Shown: positions 33,730-44,425, numbered from the stretch's first letter. The stretch is DNA of 64,000 nt from Candidatus Kaiserbacteria bacterium (GCA_963699165.1 OY969413.1:212310-276309), one strand, 5' to 3'. Notes: generated by a model not told the origin, from the letters alone. Made by a program: numbers and translations.

Positions 33730-33962
33730 AGTAGCAATGTTATTTTATATACGCCGTAACTAGGTTGACAATCCATTGCCAGCCGATAAGACAAAGATGA
33801 TAGATATAAGCAAAATTTGCCTGGCCGGCCGGAGAGTTGACAATTGACTGAATTGAGATGCCGAAAAATGACAACGCAAGCAGTAATACGAGCGTCCAGA
33901 AAATGAGATGCAGCATGTGTCTTCATTATACAACAAGGTTCTCCGGGTGATACTATCTGGCC

Positions 33963-34592
33963 ATGACGAGCAGTGGAATGGCGGCAGTAAGGCATTTTAA
34001 GCGGGTTGACCCGATTTTCCATGCGGCTACAAAGCGCCACCACTCTTCCCTGCCGGCGCGTCTAGCCGAGAAACGCACGAAATATGCTCTGTTTGAGTCG
34101 CTTGTGTCGACTGTCATTTCTAAGCAACTCGGTATGGCGGCGGCGGACACAATTTTCGCGCGCGTTAAACAATCGTGCGGCGGAAAGATAACCGTCGATT
34201 CGGTTCTAAAGACGCGTGACGCGAAATTACGTTTGGCCGGATTGTCGGGCGCGAAAACGAAAACGCTAAAATCAATCGCCACGGCAATTCAAAACGGCGA
34301 ACTCGATTTAATAGCGCTCAAAAAGATGCCGGAGCAAGACGCCGCAGAAAAACTCATGCGCATTTGGGGCCTTGGTCCGTGGTCGGTCGAGATGTTTATG
34401 ATGTTCGCGCTTGGCCGCGAGGATGTGTTTTCGGCGGGCGATCTCGGATTGGTTCGCGCAATGGAAACGATTTACGGCTTGTCAAAAAATTTCCCGCGGG
34501 AAAACATCCTTAAAATCGCGCAAGCATGGTCGCCGTACCGGACCTATGCATGTCTGCTCCTGTGGCGTTCTAGAGATACGAAAGCGGATTGA
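33963..34592 (+). CDS. alkA: DNA-3-methyladenine glycosylase II-like (HhH-GPD superfamily)
   Basis: HhH-GPD motif region LGPWSVEMFMMFALGREDVFSAGDLGL with catalytic Asp. Confidence 0.8.
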   Translation: MTSSGMAAVRHFKRVDPIFHAATKRHHSSLPARLAEKRTKYALFESLVSTVISKQLGMAAADTIFARVKQSCGGKITVDSVLKTRDAKLRLAGLSGAKTKTLKSIATAIQNGELDLIALKKMPEQDAAEKLMRIWGLGPWSVEMFMMFALGREDVFSAGDLGLVRAMETIYGLSKNFPRENILKIAQAWSPYRTYACLLLWRSRDTKAD

Positions 34593-35925
34593 GATATGCA
34601 GATAGCGTTGCGACCGGCATAGTTGCGCCCCCGCACGGAGTGGTGGCTCCGCGGAATTGCTGAAGCGTTTGGATTTCGGTGCCGTCCGTTGCGTACACGC
34701 CGAAATGCAAATGCGGTCCGGTCGCATATCCCGTCATGCCGGAGAGTCCGATCACCTGCCCGGTCGCTACCGACTGCCCCTTCGAGACGTCGATTTCGGA
34801 GAGGTGCGCATACATCGTGTTGATGCCGTTTCCGTGCGTGAGCATCACCCATTTGCCGAATGAATAGCACTGATTGCCGGCCGCATCGTGCGCAAGGTCG
34901 GTATTGCCGGTAGCAAGCACCGTACCGGCAAGAGCTGCCTGAACAGGCGTCCCGATGGGAGCGGAAATATCAACGCCATCGTGTCCATGGCCGTTGTACA
35001 CCTGTGGATTCGCCGTCGAGAAATCGGTGTTGCCGAAATATTGCGTGATGCAAAAAAGATTGCCGAACACTTTTTGGCGCTGTCCGCAGTTTGCCATAAA
35101 CGCGGTGCTAAACGGCCACGACAAAACGCCCGTCCCGGTTTTCGGAAGCGAACTCGGATTTACGACCAATTTCAATTGGCTCTGCAAATTGATAAGCTGC
35201 TGCTCGAATGATTTTTCGGATGCCTCTTTCTGCGTGATGAGTTTCTGATAATTAGATTCCTGATTTTTTGTTTGCGTGAGAAGCTGTTTTTGTGCCGCTG
35301 TGGTCGCATCAACGGAGCGCTTTTGCGTCGTAAGCTGATTTTGAAGCGCCACCAGCTGCGCTTCCTCCACCGAAATCGCGTCGCGATTGCTCGCGAGCTG
35401 CATTTGCTCCGTATGGAGCGAGTCAATATGGTTTCCAAGCGCCTGATTGAATTGCAGCGTCTGGTCGGCTGCGTTCCATGCATCGCTTAACGAATTTGAA
35501 GAAATGAGCTGCATGAAAAGCGGCATCTGTTCGCCCTGGTCTATGTCGCGCAGCGCTTTCGCAATCGTATTTTGATCGGCGCCTATAGTTTGCTGCGTAT
35601 CGCCGATGGAAAAAGTCAGCTGTTGAACTTGAAGGTTCGCCGTCGCGACTTTGTTTTGCGTTACTTGCATTTGCTTGGCAAGCTGTTTTTGGGAAATCGC
35701 CAGCGTGTTGATGGTCGATTGCAGCGTACTTTTTTGCGCTCCGAGCGCGTCAAGCTGTTTTTGGTATGCGGCAATGTCCGCCTGCAACGATGCCATCTGC
35801 GAATTGTTCGCGTCGATTTGCGCCTGCAAATCGGATGCGGCATCGGCGCGTGCGAATCGCGGCGTGCCGAGAAGCCCTGCCGCACACAGCAATAAAATAA
35901 ATAAAGGAAAACCGAAATGTCTCAT
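34570..35925 (-). CDS. M23-family peptidoglycan metalloendopeptidase with N-terminal signal peptide and long coiled coil (EnvC-like)
   Basis: HGHDGVDI ... HLHFGVY zinc-binding motifs; ~250-aa coiled-coil region. Confidence 0.85.
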   Translation of the reverse strand: MRHFGFPLFILLLCAAGLLGTPRFARADAASDLQAQIDANNSQMASLQADIAAYQKQLDALGAQKSTLQSTINTLAISQKQLAKQMQVTQNKVATANLQVQQLTFSIGDTQQTIGADQNTIAKALRDIDQGEQMPLFMQLISSNSLSDAWNAADQTLQFNQALGNHIDSLHTEQMQLASNRDAISVEEAQLVALQNQLTTQKRSVDATTAAQKQLLTQTKNQESNYQKLITQKEASEKSFEQQLINLQSQLKLVVNPSSLPKTGTGVLSWPFSTAFMANCGQRQKVFGNLFCITQYFGNTDFSTANPQVYNGHGHDGVDISAPIGTPVQAALAGTVLATGNTDLAHDAAGNQCYSFGKWVMLTHGNGINTMYAHLSEIDVSKGQSVATGQVIGLSGMTGYATGPHLHFGVYATDGTEIQTLQQFRGATTPCGGATMPVATLSAYLNPLSYL

Positions 35926-37364
35926 TCTCCGAGTATAGCAACCGCATCATCGACTCGCGAAATGCTTTCATTCGGACCGAGGATTGAAATAAGCGTGAAC
36001 GGGTCGGGCGAACGTTCTTTCCCGGAGAGGGCATATCTGAGCGGCCAGAGAACAGCGCCGCGTCCCCCCTTCCCTTTTGCTTCCTCGGCGTCGGCAATCA
36101 GCATAACGGCATTCTTTACGGCATCAGCCGACGCCCCGTCTGAGACCGATTTTAGGGCCTTAGAGAGCGTTTTTAGGGCCGATTTGGTCATTCCGGGGCG
36201 GTCAGCGGGTTCCTTTGCTACGAGCTGTTCTTGATGCATAGTCGGCTTTCCGAAAAGACAGGACAATTCGCCGACGAGCATTTCGCGCGCCTCGGCAAAT
36301 GTGTGTGCTCGTTCTTTTAGGAGCGGTACTGCCGCACGAAGTGTATCCGTATTGTTCATCTCGAAATTGCCTCTCGCGATGAATTCTTCGGTCGAAAGCG
36401 CGCGCATCCAGTGCTGATTTATCGAACGAAGTTTTACTTCATCGAAGCCCGCGCCCGATGCTTGAATGCGGTCGAGTTCAAACGCGGCAATGAGTTCCCC
36501 TTTCGAAAACATTTCTTGCGGCGTTCCTGGATTCCAACCGAGCAGCGCGAGAAAGTTCATAAGGGCTTCCGGCAAATATCCTTCTGCGCGATAGTCGAGA
36601 ATATCTTTTGCGCCGTCGCGTTTGCTCAATTTCTTTTTGCCGCTTGGTGCGAGAATCGGCGGGAGGGTCGCAAACTCCGGCGGCGCAATGCCGAGCGACT
36701 CGTACAGCGAAAGGAATTTCGGCATCGATGAAATAAATTCTTCGCCGCGCATGACGTGGGTTACGCCAATTTCGATATCGTCAACGATGTGCGCAAAATT
36801 GTAGGTCGGATAGCCGTCGCTTTTTATCAAAATAAAATCGTCGACGGCTTCCTCCCCTGCCGAAAGTTTGCCGCGCACGAGATCATTCCATTCGTAGCGG
36901 ACGATCCTCGGCGCTCGAAATCGCAGCGGTTTCGAATCGTCCCACGGCTCGATAGTGTCCGGGCGGTAGTCGCGGAAAAGAAACGGACGCTTTTCTTCGG
37001 CTGCTTTATTTCGCAATGCTTCAAGTTCTCTTTCCGAATACGGATCGGGGTATGCATGGCCGGCCGCAATAAGTTTACGTGCGTACACTCGGTACGATTC
37101 GAGTCGTTCGGATTGGAGATACGGCGCATGCGGACCGCCTTTGTCGATACCCTCGTCCCATTCGATGCCGAGCCATGAGAGCGATTCGACAATATGCGGA
37201 ATTGCACCGGCAACCTCGCGCTCCTTATCGGTGTCTTCGATTCGCAGAATGAATCGCCCGCCATACTTTCTGGCATACAGCCACGAGTAGAGCGCGCTGC
37301 GAGCGCCACCGACGTGCATGAACCCCGTCGGTGAAGGCGCAAAGCGTGTGACGACGGTGCTCAT
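35922..37364 (-). CDS. gltX: Glutamyl-tRNA synthetase
   Basis: HVGG (HIGH) and KLSKR (KMSKS) motifs; typical GluRS N-terminus. Confidence 0.92.
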   Translation of the reverse strand: MSTVVTRFAPSPTGFMHVGGARSALYSWLYARKYGGRFILRIEDTDKEREVAGAIPHIVESLSWLGIEWDEGIDKGGPHAPYLQSERLESYRVYARKLIAAGHAYPDPYSERELEALRNKAAEEKRPFLFRDYRPDTIEPWDDSKPLRFRAPRIVRYEWNDLVRGKLSAGEEAVDDFILIKSDGYPTYNFAHIVDDIEIGVTHVMRGEEFISSMPKFLSLYESLGIAPPEFATLPPILAPSGKKKLSKRDGAKDILDYRAEGYLPEALMNFLALLGWNPGTPQEMFSKGELIAAFELDRIQASGAGFDEVKLRSINQHWMRALSTEEFIARGNFEMNNTDTLRAAVPLLKERAHTFAEAREMLVGELSCLFGKPTMHQEQLVAKEPADRPGMTKSALKTLSKALKSVSDGASADAVKNAVMLIADAEEAKGKGGRGAVLWPLRYALSGKERSPDPFTLISILGPNESISRVDDAVAILGE

Positions 37365-38500
37365 GATTCGTGGGATAGCCCGATGGCAAGAATTTCTTTT
37401 GCCAAAATACGCGCGGCATCCGGATCGGTAAAACCTTTCGCCGATTCACCCATGCGCTTTGCAAGTTCCGGGTCGCCGAGTATGCGTTGAATTTCGGAAA
37501 CAAGAAGATGCGGCGTTAAGTTTTCTTCTTCAAGCACAATCGCGGCTCCAGTTCGTGCGTAGGCGTAAGCGTTTGTGCGCTGGTCGTGGCTCACCGATTC
37601 CGGTATCGGAATGATAATCGCCGGTTTTTTCCAAATACCGATTTCCGAAATCGAATTGGCACCCGCGCGGGAGATAACGATGCTCGCGACGCCGGCCACC
37701 CGCTGCAACGAAATCTCCGAAAGATAATTTATCGGATGATACCGGGCGGCGTGCTGGTTTTTCTCGAGTTCGACCTGCGCAACCGCCTGCACGCTTTTGA
37801 AATGCGCCTGTCCTGTTTGGTGAATGACGTTGGCGAATGCTACCAGCTGGGGCAGCGACGTAAGAATGACCTCGTTGATTTTTGCCGCGCCCTGCGAGCC
37901 GCCCAAAACGAGAATAGTCGGAATATCCGTTTCAAGACCCAAATATTGCCGTGCGCCCTGCGTTTCAACGCGCGTAAGCGCTTTGCGAATAGGAATGCCG
38001 GTACGCGCGATTTTATCCTGAACTTTTGCGGGAAAATACTGCGCCGCACTCTCAAACGATATGGCGATTTTTTTTGCGAATTTTGCGGCGAGCAGATTGG
38101 CGCGTCCCGGCTTTGCATCCGATTCGTGAATGACAATCGGAATGCGCAGGAGCCGCGCGGCGAGCACGGTCGGAATGCTTCCGTATCCGCCTTTACTCAC
38201 AACGACATCCGGATACAAGCGGAACAGTGCGAGCACGGCGTATATCGTCGAGCCCAGGGTGATGAAAGAATCGGTTATATTTTGAAACGATGAATAGCGC
38301 CGCAGCTTCCCCGCCGGGATGCGAATATAGGCAACGCCGTTTTCAAATAGCGCTTTCTCGTCAAACGAGTTCGGCGCAAGATAATACATGACTGGCTCGA
38401 TAAGATGCTCTTCGCGGGCAATGTCATTTATCGCCTCCGCAATTGCGACAATCGGATAAAAATGTCCGCCCGTTCCTCCCCCGGTAAAAACTATTTTCAT
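37361..38500 (-). CDS. murG: UDP-GlcNAc:undecaprenyl-PP-MurNAc-pentapeptide GlcNAc transferase MurG
   Basis: MKIVFTGGGTGGHFYP N-terminal G-loop; GT28 fold. Confidence 0.92.
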   Translation of the reverse strand: MKIVFTGGGTGGHFYPIVAIAEAINDIAREEHLIEPVMYYLAPNSFDEKALFENGVAYIRIPAGKLRRYSSFQNITDSFITLGSTIYAVLALFRLYPDVVVSKGGYGSIPTVLAARLLRIPIVIHESDAKPGRANLLAAKFAKKIAISFESAAQYFPAKVQDKIARTGIPIRKALTRVETQGARQYLGLETDIPTILVLGGSQGAAKINEVILTSLPQLVAFANVIHQTGQAHFKSVQAVAQVELEKNQHAARYHPINYLSEISLQRVAGVASIVISRAGANSISEIGIWKKPAIIIPIPESVSHDQRTNAYAYARTGAAIVLEEENLTPHLLVSEIQRILGDPELAKRMGESAKGFTDPDAARILAKEILAIGLSHES

Positions 38501-38516
38501 GGTTTCAGTATACCAA

Positions 38517-39614
38517 TTATGTTTTGCGATGTGCGGCCACGTTTAGGATGCAGCCGCACATAAACAGCGTCGTCATAAGCGCCGTTCCGCCATGCGAAAT
38601 AAACGGCAGCGGCATGCCGGTAAGCGGAATAATGCCGAGCATGGCGCAGATGTTGATAAACGCCTGCAAAATAATAACGAAAGAAAATCCGAGCGCCACG
38701 AGCGCCCCGAACGTATCGCGCGAGTTCCCCGCAATCACCACGCCGCGCGCCGCAAGCCCGATAAAAAACGCGAGCAGAATAAGAGCGCCGACGAAACCGG
38801 TCTCCTCGCCGTAAACGGCAAAGACCGAATCGCCGTCCGGCTCGGGCAGGTAATTGAATTTCTCGACACTCTGGCCGAATCCCCTGCCGAGCAGACCACC
38901 GGAGCCGATGGCAATAAGCGACTGCTGAATTTGATACCCGCTGCCTAATGAATTTGCGGACGGATGAATGAATGTCGTCACACGTTCAAGCACGTACGGG
39001 CGGACCGCGACGATGATGCCAAAACCGATGACGACGGTCAGTGCCAATATGCCGAAGTCGCGCCATGGTGCGCCCGAAACGAAATACATGACCGCGCCCG
39101 TCGCGAGAATGAGAATCGTGGTCGACGTGTTCGGCTGTGCAAGCAACAGCGCAGACGGCACCGCGAGAATAAGGAGGAACGGAAAAAATCCCTGTTTGGG
39201 ATTCGCGAGCTGCCGTGCTCGCGGCGCGAGCCACCACGCAAGCAGCAGTACAAAACCGATTTTCAAAAATTCGGCGGGCTGCAGCGTGGTGAATCCGAGA
39301 TTTATCCAGCGCGTCGCACCGCCCGAATGGAACCCAATGCCCGGCACGAAGACGAGCGCCGTAAATAGGGCCGTTGCGATAAAAATATGCGGAGAAAATC
39401 GCTTGAGTTGAGAAAGCGGTATAAGGCGCGCAGCGATAAAGGCAAGAATGCCGAGACCGAATCCGAGCACTGCCTGAACTAATATGTCATGTGACACCGA
39501 GCTGTTCTCGCGCGCCAACAGGCCGAGCGCCGCCGAGGAAAAAATCGCAAAGCCCGCAAGCGATATGCACAGCACGATTGCGAGGAACATGCGGTCGCCG
39601 GAAATAATCTTCAT
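38517..39614 (-). CDS. ftsW: SEDS-family peptidoglycan polymerase FtsW/RodA
   Basis: ~10 TM helices with the SEDS conserved loop; sits between mraY and murG. Confidence 0.85.
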   Translation of the reverse strand: MKIISGDRMFLAIVLCISLAGFAIFSSAALGLLARENSSVSHDILVQAVLGFGLGILAFIAARLIPLSQLKRFSPHIFIATALFTALVFVPGIGFHSGGATRWINLGFTTLQPAEFLKIGFVLLLAWWLAPRARQLANPKQGFFPFLLILAVPSALLLAQPNTSTTILILATGAVMYFVSGAPWRDFGILALTVVIGFGIIVAVRPYVLERVTTFIHPSANSLGSGYQIQQSLIAIGSGGLLGRGFGQSVEKFNYLPEPDGDSVFAVYGEETGFVGALILLAFFIGLAARGVVIAGNSRDTFGALVALGFSFVIILQAFINICAMLGIIPLTGMPLPFISHGGTALMTTLFMCGCILNVAAHRKT

Positions 39615-39621
39615 GGCACGG

Positions 39622-40698
39622 TTATTTTAAAAGCGCAATGGTCATGCCGACGATTGCGCAGATAATCGAAATAATCCAATAGCGCATTGTCACTTTGTAC
39701 GGAGGCCAGCCGATGGCTTCGAGGTGGTGATGCAGTGGCGCTATGCGGAATACTTTCTTACCCCGTAGTTTTTTCGATGCCACCTGGATAACATTTGAAA
39801 GCACGGTAATGACGAGCGGAAAAGCAATAATGAAAAGAGCCGCAACGCCATAGCCGTTTCCGAGCGTGTCGGTCATAAACGCAATAACGGCAAGCGTCAT
39901 CGTGAGGCCCATCGTTCCGGTTTCCGTCATCCAAAAACGCGCCGGCGGAATGTTGAACCACAAAAATGCGAGAATGGCGCCGCTGAGCGTGGCGCAAAAC
40001 GCGGCAAGATTAATCTGGTTTTGAAAATAAGCGATGCCCGCATATGCCATGAACACGGTGCTGAAGACGCCGCCCGCAAGCCCATCGATGCCGTCGATAA
40101 CGCCGCCCGCATAGAGCCCGATCGTGATGAATACGAAAAGCGGAATAATGAGCGCGCCAAGCGCAAGCGAGCCGTCGCCCGGAATCCCGATTGCCGTAAC
40201 GCCGAGTTTCGCATAAAACCACCAACCGATAAATAAAGATATGAGCGTTACGAAAATCAGGCGTGTGCGAAGCCGCACGCCGCGTTCACCCGAAGGGCTG
40301 ATATCGAACAAATCATTTACGAAGCCCATGCAGGCACCCGCGAGCAGAGCGAAAAACGGAATCCAGGTCTGGCTGCGGCTCAAGAAATCAATCTTTTGAA
40401 AAAGCGGAAAGGGCGCGATGCGCGCAAGCACCCACGCGCCGAGCGTGACGATTGTGACGCTTCCCCAGATGAGAATTCCGCCCATGCGCGGCGTTGATGT
40501 CTCCGTGCCGGTGTGAACGTTTGTGCGCAATTTTTCGAATTCGACGGCCGGTTTGCCGTCGAGCGCCGTTTTCTTGGCGACTTTTTTCCATACGTGGTAC
40601 TTGTACAAATAATGCGTGAGCAGCGGCGCAAAAAGAATGCCGACGAGAAAGGCCGTCGTCGCGGGAATGAATATCTTGATGATGTTCGACGGAATCAT
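39622..40698 (-). CDS. mraY: Phospho-N-acetylmuramoyl-pentapeptide transferase MraY
   Basis: Polytopic membrane protein with MraY motifs (PRMGGILI, D-D-x-x-D region). Confidence 0.9.
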   Translation of the reverse strand: MIPSNIIKIFIPATTAFLVGILFAPLLTHYLYKYHVWKKVAKKTALDGKPAVEFEKLRTNVHTGTETSTPRMGGILIWGSVTIVTLGAWVLARIAPFPLFQKIDFLSRSQTWIPFFALLAGACMGFVNDLFDISPSGERGVRLRTRLIFVTLISLFIGWWFYAKLGVTAIGIPGDGSLALGALIIPLFVFITIGLYAGGVIDGIDGLAGGVFSTVFMAYAGIAYFQNQINLAAFCATLSGAILAFLWFNIPPARFWMTETGTMGLTMTLAVIAFMTDTLGNGYGVAALFIIAFPLVITVLSNVIQVASKKLRGKKVFRIAPLHHHLEAIGWPPYKVTMRYWIISIICAIVGMTIALLK

Positions 40699-41648
40699 AG
40701 CGAAGAAACGCCCGCAAAGTGCGCGAATGTTGCGGCAACGAGCGCCGACGCATCCGTAAAGCGGTCCTCCTGCGTCGAACCGAGAACCACTACGGCAATG
40801 GGATGTTCAATGCCGCTGTCGAAGACCAGTACCAGATTGCCGCCCGCAAGGTCGGTGTAGCCGGTTTTGGAAAGCAGCAAGCGCGGAATGGTGCCGACTA
40901 TGGGGTCGGTGTTTTTGACTTTGAATTGCGTGCCGTTTGTCGCAACCGCTTCGGTCGAACTTTGCGTCGTCGCGGCCGCAACGTCGGAGTCCTGAAGCGC
41001 GAGCGCGCCCGCAAGCCGCGCGAGGTCGCGGGCGGAGCCGTAGCCGCCGGAAATCGATGTGCTCACATCAAGACCGCTTCCGTTGACCGCGTACGTTTCC
41101 GAAAGTGCGAGTGCGCTCGCGGCGCTCGCGAGCATTTGAGTTTGCGGCACGTTTTCGCGCTCGGCGGTCGCTTCGGCGATGGCGGTCGCGCCGTCGTTGA
41201 GAGATGCCGTGAGCGTCAGGCGCGCAAGGTCGCTCAAAGAAAATGTCTGTCCTGCGGAAAAGGTGCGCGGAGCGTCGACGGATGTCGCATCGGCGGGTAT
41301 CGTAATCGGCGTGTTGGGGGAAAGCTCGTTCAGCGCCGCGTATACGGTAAGAAGTTTTGTAAGCGATGCGAGCGGAAGCTGAGCGTCGGCATTTTTTTCA
41401 TATAGGGTTTGCTTTGTCGCAAGATCGTACACAATAGCCGCTTTGGCATGGAATTGAACGTTTGCGAAAGCGTCCGGCGGAGTCGAAGTTGCTGTGGCAA
41501 CCGGTGCGGGTGCCGGGGCGGGTTTTTGAAACGCAAGCGGCACGAAGAAAAAAAGCGCCAAAATGCCGCCCGCGATGAAGAGGGCAATGACGTTCTCGCG
41601 AACCGAGCGGGCTCGTTCGGCAATCTTTTGAAGTTCGGAGGAATCCAT
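40695..41648 (-). CDS. Serine-type D-Ala-D-Ala carboxypeptidase (S11, PBP5/6-like), membrane-anchored with Pro/Ala-rich linker
   Basis: SxxK (S-L-T-K), SxN (S-L-N), KTG (SKTGYT) motifs. Internal ATG chosen (MDSSELQ...) to avoid overlap with scpB. Confidence 0.75.
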   Translation of the reverse strand: MDSSELQKIAERARSVRENVIALFIAGGILALFFFVPLAFQKPAPAPAPVATATSTPPDAFANVQFHAKAAIVYDLATKQTLYEKNADAQLPLASLTKLLTVYAALNELSPNTPITIPADATSVDAPRTFSAGQTFSLSDLARLTLTASLNDGATAIAEATAERENVPQTQMLASAASALALSETYAVNGSGLDVSTSISGGYGSARDLARLAGALALQDSDVAAATTQSSTEAVATNGTQFKVKNTDPIVGTIPRLLLSKTGYTDLAGGNLVLVFDSGIEHPIAVVVLGSTQEDRFTDASALVAATFAHFAGVSSL

Positions 41649-41658
41649 ACCGGTACGG

Positions 41659-42219
41659 TTATTCGGGCAAATCCGCCGATTCTTTTTTCGCCTCTTCCTC
41701 GATAATTCCGGCAGCCGCAGGTCGAAGCTCGGCTGCGCGCGGAAGTTCATCGGCGCCGCCGATTCCCAAATGCGCCAGCGCTTCGGTTGTTATCGAATAG
41801 CGGATGCGGCGTTTATAGCGCTCGTCTTCCCTTCCCTCGATAAGGCCGCGCAGCAAAAGCGTACGAAGCGATGCGGAAGAATTTACGCCCCGAACCCAGT
41901 CGATTTCTCCGCGCGTTGCGCCGTCTTGATATGCAATGACCGCCAGCGTTTCCATGCTTGCCTTTCCAAGGTCGCGCGCCAGCTCGCTCTCGCGAAGTTT
42001 TTTAACAATCGACGCCGCCTCCGGTGCCGTTCGAATTTCGACTTCGGTTGCCGTCTCAATAAGAGCGATGCCCGTTCCCGAAAATGCATCGGAAAGCGAG
42101 TCAAGAACGCTTTGCAAGTCAGATTGCGAAATTTCCAGCAAGGCCGCAATGCGCTTCTTTTCAAGCGGTTCGCCCGAGGCGAAAAGGAGAGCGTGTACGG
42201 AGGCGGGAGGTGTGAGCAT
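41659..42219 (-). CDS. scpB: Segregation and condensation protein B
   Basis: Two winged-helix repeats (LLFASGEPL..., GIALIETATEVEIRT...). Confidence 0.85.
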   Translation of the reverse strand: MLTPPASVHALLFASGEPLEKKRIAALLEISQSDLQSVLDSLSDAFSGTGIALIETATEVEIRTAPEAASIVKKLRESELARDLGKASMETLAVIAYQDGATRGEIDWVRGVNSSASLRTLLLRGLIEGREDERYKRRIRYSITTEALAHLGIGGADELPRAAELRPAAAGIIEEEAKKESADLPE

Positions 42220-42283
42220 TGCACATATAATAGCCGTGCCGGCGCATCTCGGCAACGTACAGCCGTGTGAGAAATTGCGGTTG

Positions 42284-43027
42284 CTACCCGTAATGAGGGA
42301 CTGTTTCCACGGTCGTATTGCTAATGTGAATATCGCCGTGCGTGTCGTGCTGTTCGGCAGCGACTGCGCCCTGCTTTACAAGTTCCAGAAGTGCGAGAAA
42401 TGATACGATGACCTCCACTTTTTCCTTCGAACCGCCCGCGAATTCTTTAAATGAAAGGGTCATAGCGCTTTGCACTCGCTTTGCAAGTAAATCCATCATT
42501 TCTTCGATGGTGACGAGCGGCTTGACCCTCGCCTTCGGAAGCTCTTCGATTGCCTCGCGTGAAGCCAGAACGCGGGCGAGGGCGTCTGCAAGCGCCTGCG
42601 CTGAAAGGTCGCGGGACGGAGTGAAGACGACTTCGGGAATTCGCTCGCCGGCCGGGTACATAACGGCGCGTCCGTATATGCGTGAAAGCTCGCGCGCCGC
42701 TTCGCGCACTTTCTCGTACGCCGCGAGCCGGTTTTTCAAATCCTCGACATCGGCGCTCTCTTCTTCGGTGAGCGTAAGGTCGGGAATAAGGGATTTCGAT
42801 TTGATGAGAATCAGCGTCGCTGCGATTTGAATAAAGTTAGCCGTTTCCTCCACCGGAAATGCGTTCTGCGAGCGAACGTGTTGAATGAAGTCCTCGGTGA
42901 TGTTCGCAAGCGCCAGGTCATTGACCAAAAGTTTTCGCGCCTCGATGAGGTCGAGCAACATTTCAAACGGCCCCTCATACGATGAAGTTTTGATAGTGAA
43001 TCCGGTGCGTGGCGTTACGGTTTCCAT
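42284..43027 (-). CDS. scpA: Segregation and condensation protein A
   Basis: FEGPFEMLLDLIEARKLLVNDLALANITEDF typical ScpA N-terminus. Confidence 0.85.
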   Translation of the reverse strand: METVTPRTGFTIKTSSYEGPFEMLLDLIEARKLLVNDLALANITEDFIQHVRSQNAFPVEETANFIQIAATLILIKSKSLIPDLTLTEEESADVEDLKNRLAAYEKVREAARELSRIYGRAVMYPAGERIPEVVFTPSRDLSAQALADALARVLASREAIEELPKARVKPLVTIEEMMDLLAKRVQSAMTLSFKEFAGGSKEKVEVIVSFLALLELVKQGAVAAEQHDTHGDIHISNTTVETVPHYG

Positions 43028-44421
43028 TCTTCAATAAAACGCAGCAACAGCCGCACCGGTTCTCCCGCAGCTCCCTTGGCAAGTTCATCGCCGGGCGCGG
43101 AGGTCATTCGGGGCGCGATATCGAGGTGCGCCCACGGGCAATCAAGTTCTTTTGCAAACTGCCAGAGGAATATGCCGCCCTCGATTGCCCCGCCGTACCG
43201 GCCGGCCGTGCCGTTTGCGATGTTTGTAATGTCGGCAAATGTCCCTTTAATATCGCTCTCGTATTCGTCCCACAACGGCAGGCGCCACACGTAGTCGCCG
43301 GATGTTTCTCCGGCAGTCGAAATCTTTTCCGCAAGCGCGTCGTCGCGAGTGAGAACCGCGCTTGCATGCAGACCGAGCGCGGAGAGCGCCGCGCCGGTGA
43401 GCGTCGCCACGTCAATCACAACGGACGGATTAAAGCGCTTCGCGTAGGTGAGCGCATCTGCAAGGATGAGGCGGCCCTCCGCATCGGTGTTGAGGACTTC
43501 GATGGTTTTTCCCGACATTGATTTCAAAATGTCTCCCGGCCGGTATGCATTGTTGCCCGGCATGTTTTCAACTGACGGAATGAGGCCGATAACGGATGTT
43601 TTGACTTTGAGTTTTGCGGCAAGCGCCACCGCGCAAATGACGGCCGCCGCTCCCGACATGTCCATGTGCATTTCGTAAATTCCGTTTGAAGGTTTCAAAT
43701 TCAGGCCGCCGCTGTCAAATGTAACTCCCTTGCCCGCAAGAACAATCGGCTTCCCCGTTCCGGCGCGATATTCAAGAACCGTAAAGGTCGGTTTTTCGGT
43801 CGAGCCCTTGGCGACGCCAAGAATCGCTCCCATGCCGAGTTTTTTCATCTGACTTTCGCCAAGCACGGTGACTTTGACGGGCAGACCCTCAACCGCGTCT
43901 TTAGCGGCTTTCGCGAGCACGGTCGGCGTGATGTCGCCGCCGGGCGTATTCGCGAGCACGCGGCACGCATTCACTGCTTTTCCAATTTCTTGGCCTTTTT
44001 TGACGGCCTTTTCCGTCAGTGGAGAATACACAAGCACCTCCGCAACCTCCGTCCATCCTTCCTTGGGTTTCGTCTTGAATGTGTTGAATTCGAAATTTGC
44101 CATCTCGAAATTTTCAGCCGCGAGCTGCAGGATTGCGTCGGGAGCGATGCCGCGAAGATTCGTAAGAGGGCTCGGCGTGCGGTCGAACTGAACGGCGATT
44201 TTCTTGCATTTATGTTTCTTTGCGACGTTCACGATTGTCCGGCAAAGAATGCGAAATTTTCGAACGTTCATTTCTTCCGGCTTATTCGTTCCGATTTCCA
44301 GCGTCTCGACGCCGTTATCTTTGCCGAATCGCACCGTTCCCGTTTCAGCGTCGGTGAGAACGACGCGCACGTATCCTTTCGGCGCGTTTTCGAGGCCCCC
44401 TTTTTTGAGAGTGATTTTCAT
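43015..44421 (-). CDS. pepA: Leucyl aminopeptidase (M17)
   Basis: NTDAEGRLILADAL signature and M17 metal ligands. Confidence 0.9.
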   Translation of the reverse strand: MKITLKKGGLENAPKGYVRVVLTDAETGTVRFGKDNGVETLEIGTNKPEEMNVRKFRILCRTIVNVAKKHKCKKIAVQFDRTPSPLTNLRGIAPDAILQLAAENFEMANFEFNTFKTKPKEGWTEVAEVLVYSPLTEKAVKKGQEIGKAVNACRVLANTPGGDITPTVLAKAAKDAVEGLPVKVTVLGESQMKKLGMGAILGVAKGSTEKPTFTVLEYRAGTGKPIVLAGKGVTFDSGGLNLKPSNGIYEMHMDMSGAAAVICAVALAAKLKVKTSVIGLIPSVENMPGNNAYRPGDILKSMSGKTIEVLNTDAEGRLILADALTYAKRFNPSVVIDVATLTGAALSALGLHASAVLTRDDALAEKISTAGETSGDYVWRLPLWDEYESDIKGTFADITNIANGTAGRYGGAIEGGIFLWQFAKELDCPWAHLDIAPRMTSAPGDELAKGAAGEPVRLLLRFIEEWKP

Positions 44422-44425
44422 CGCA

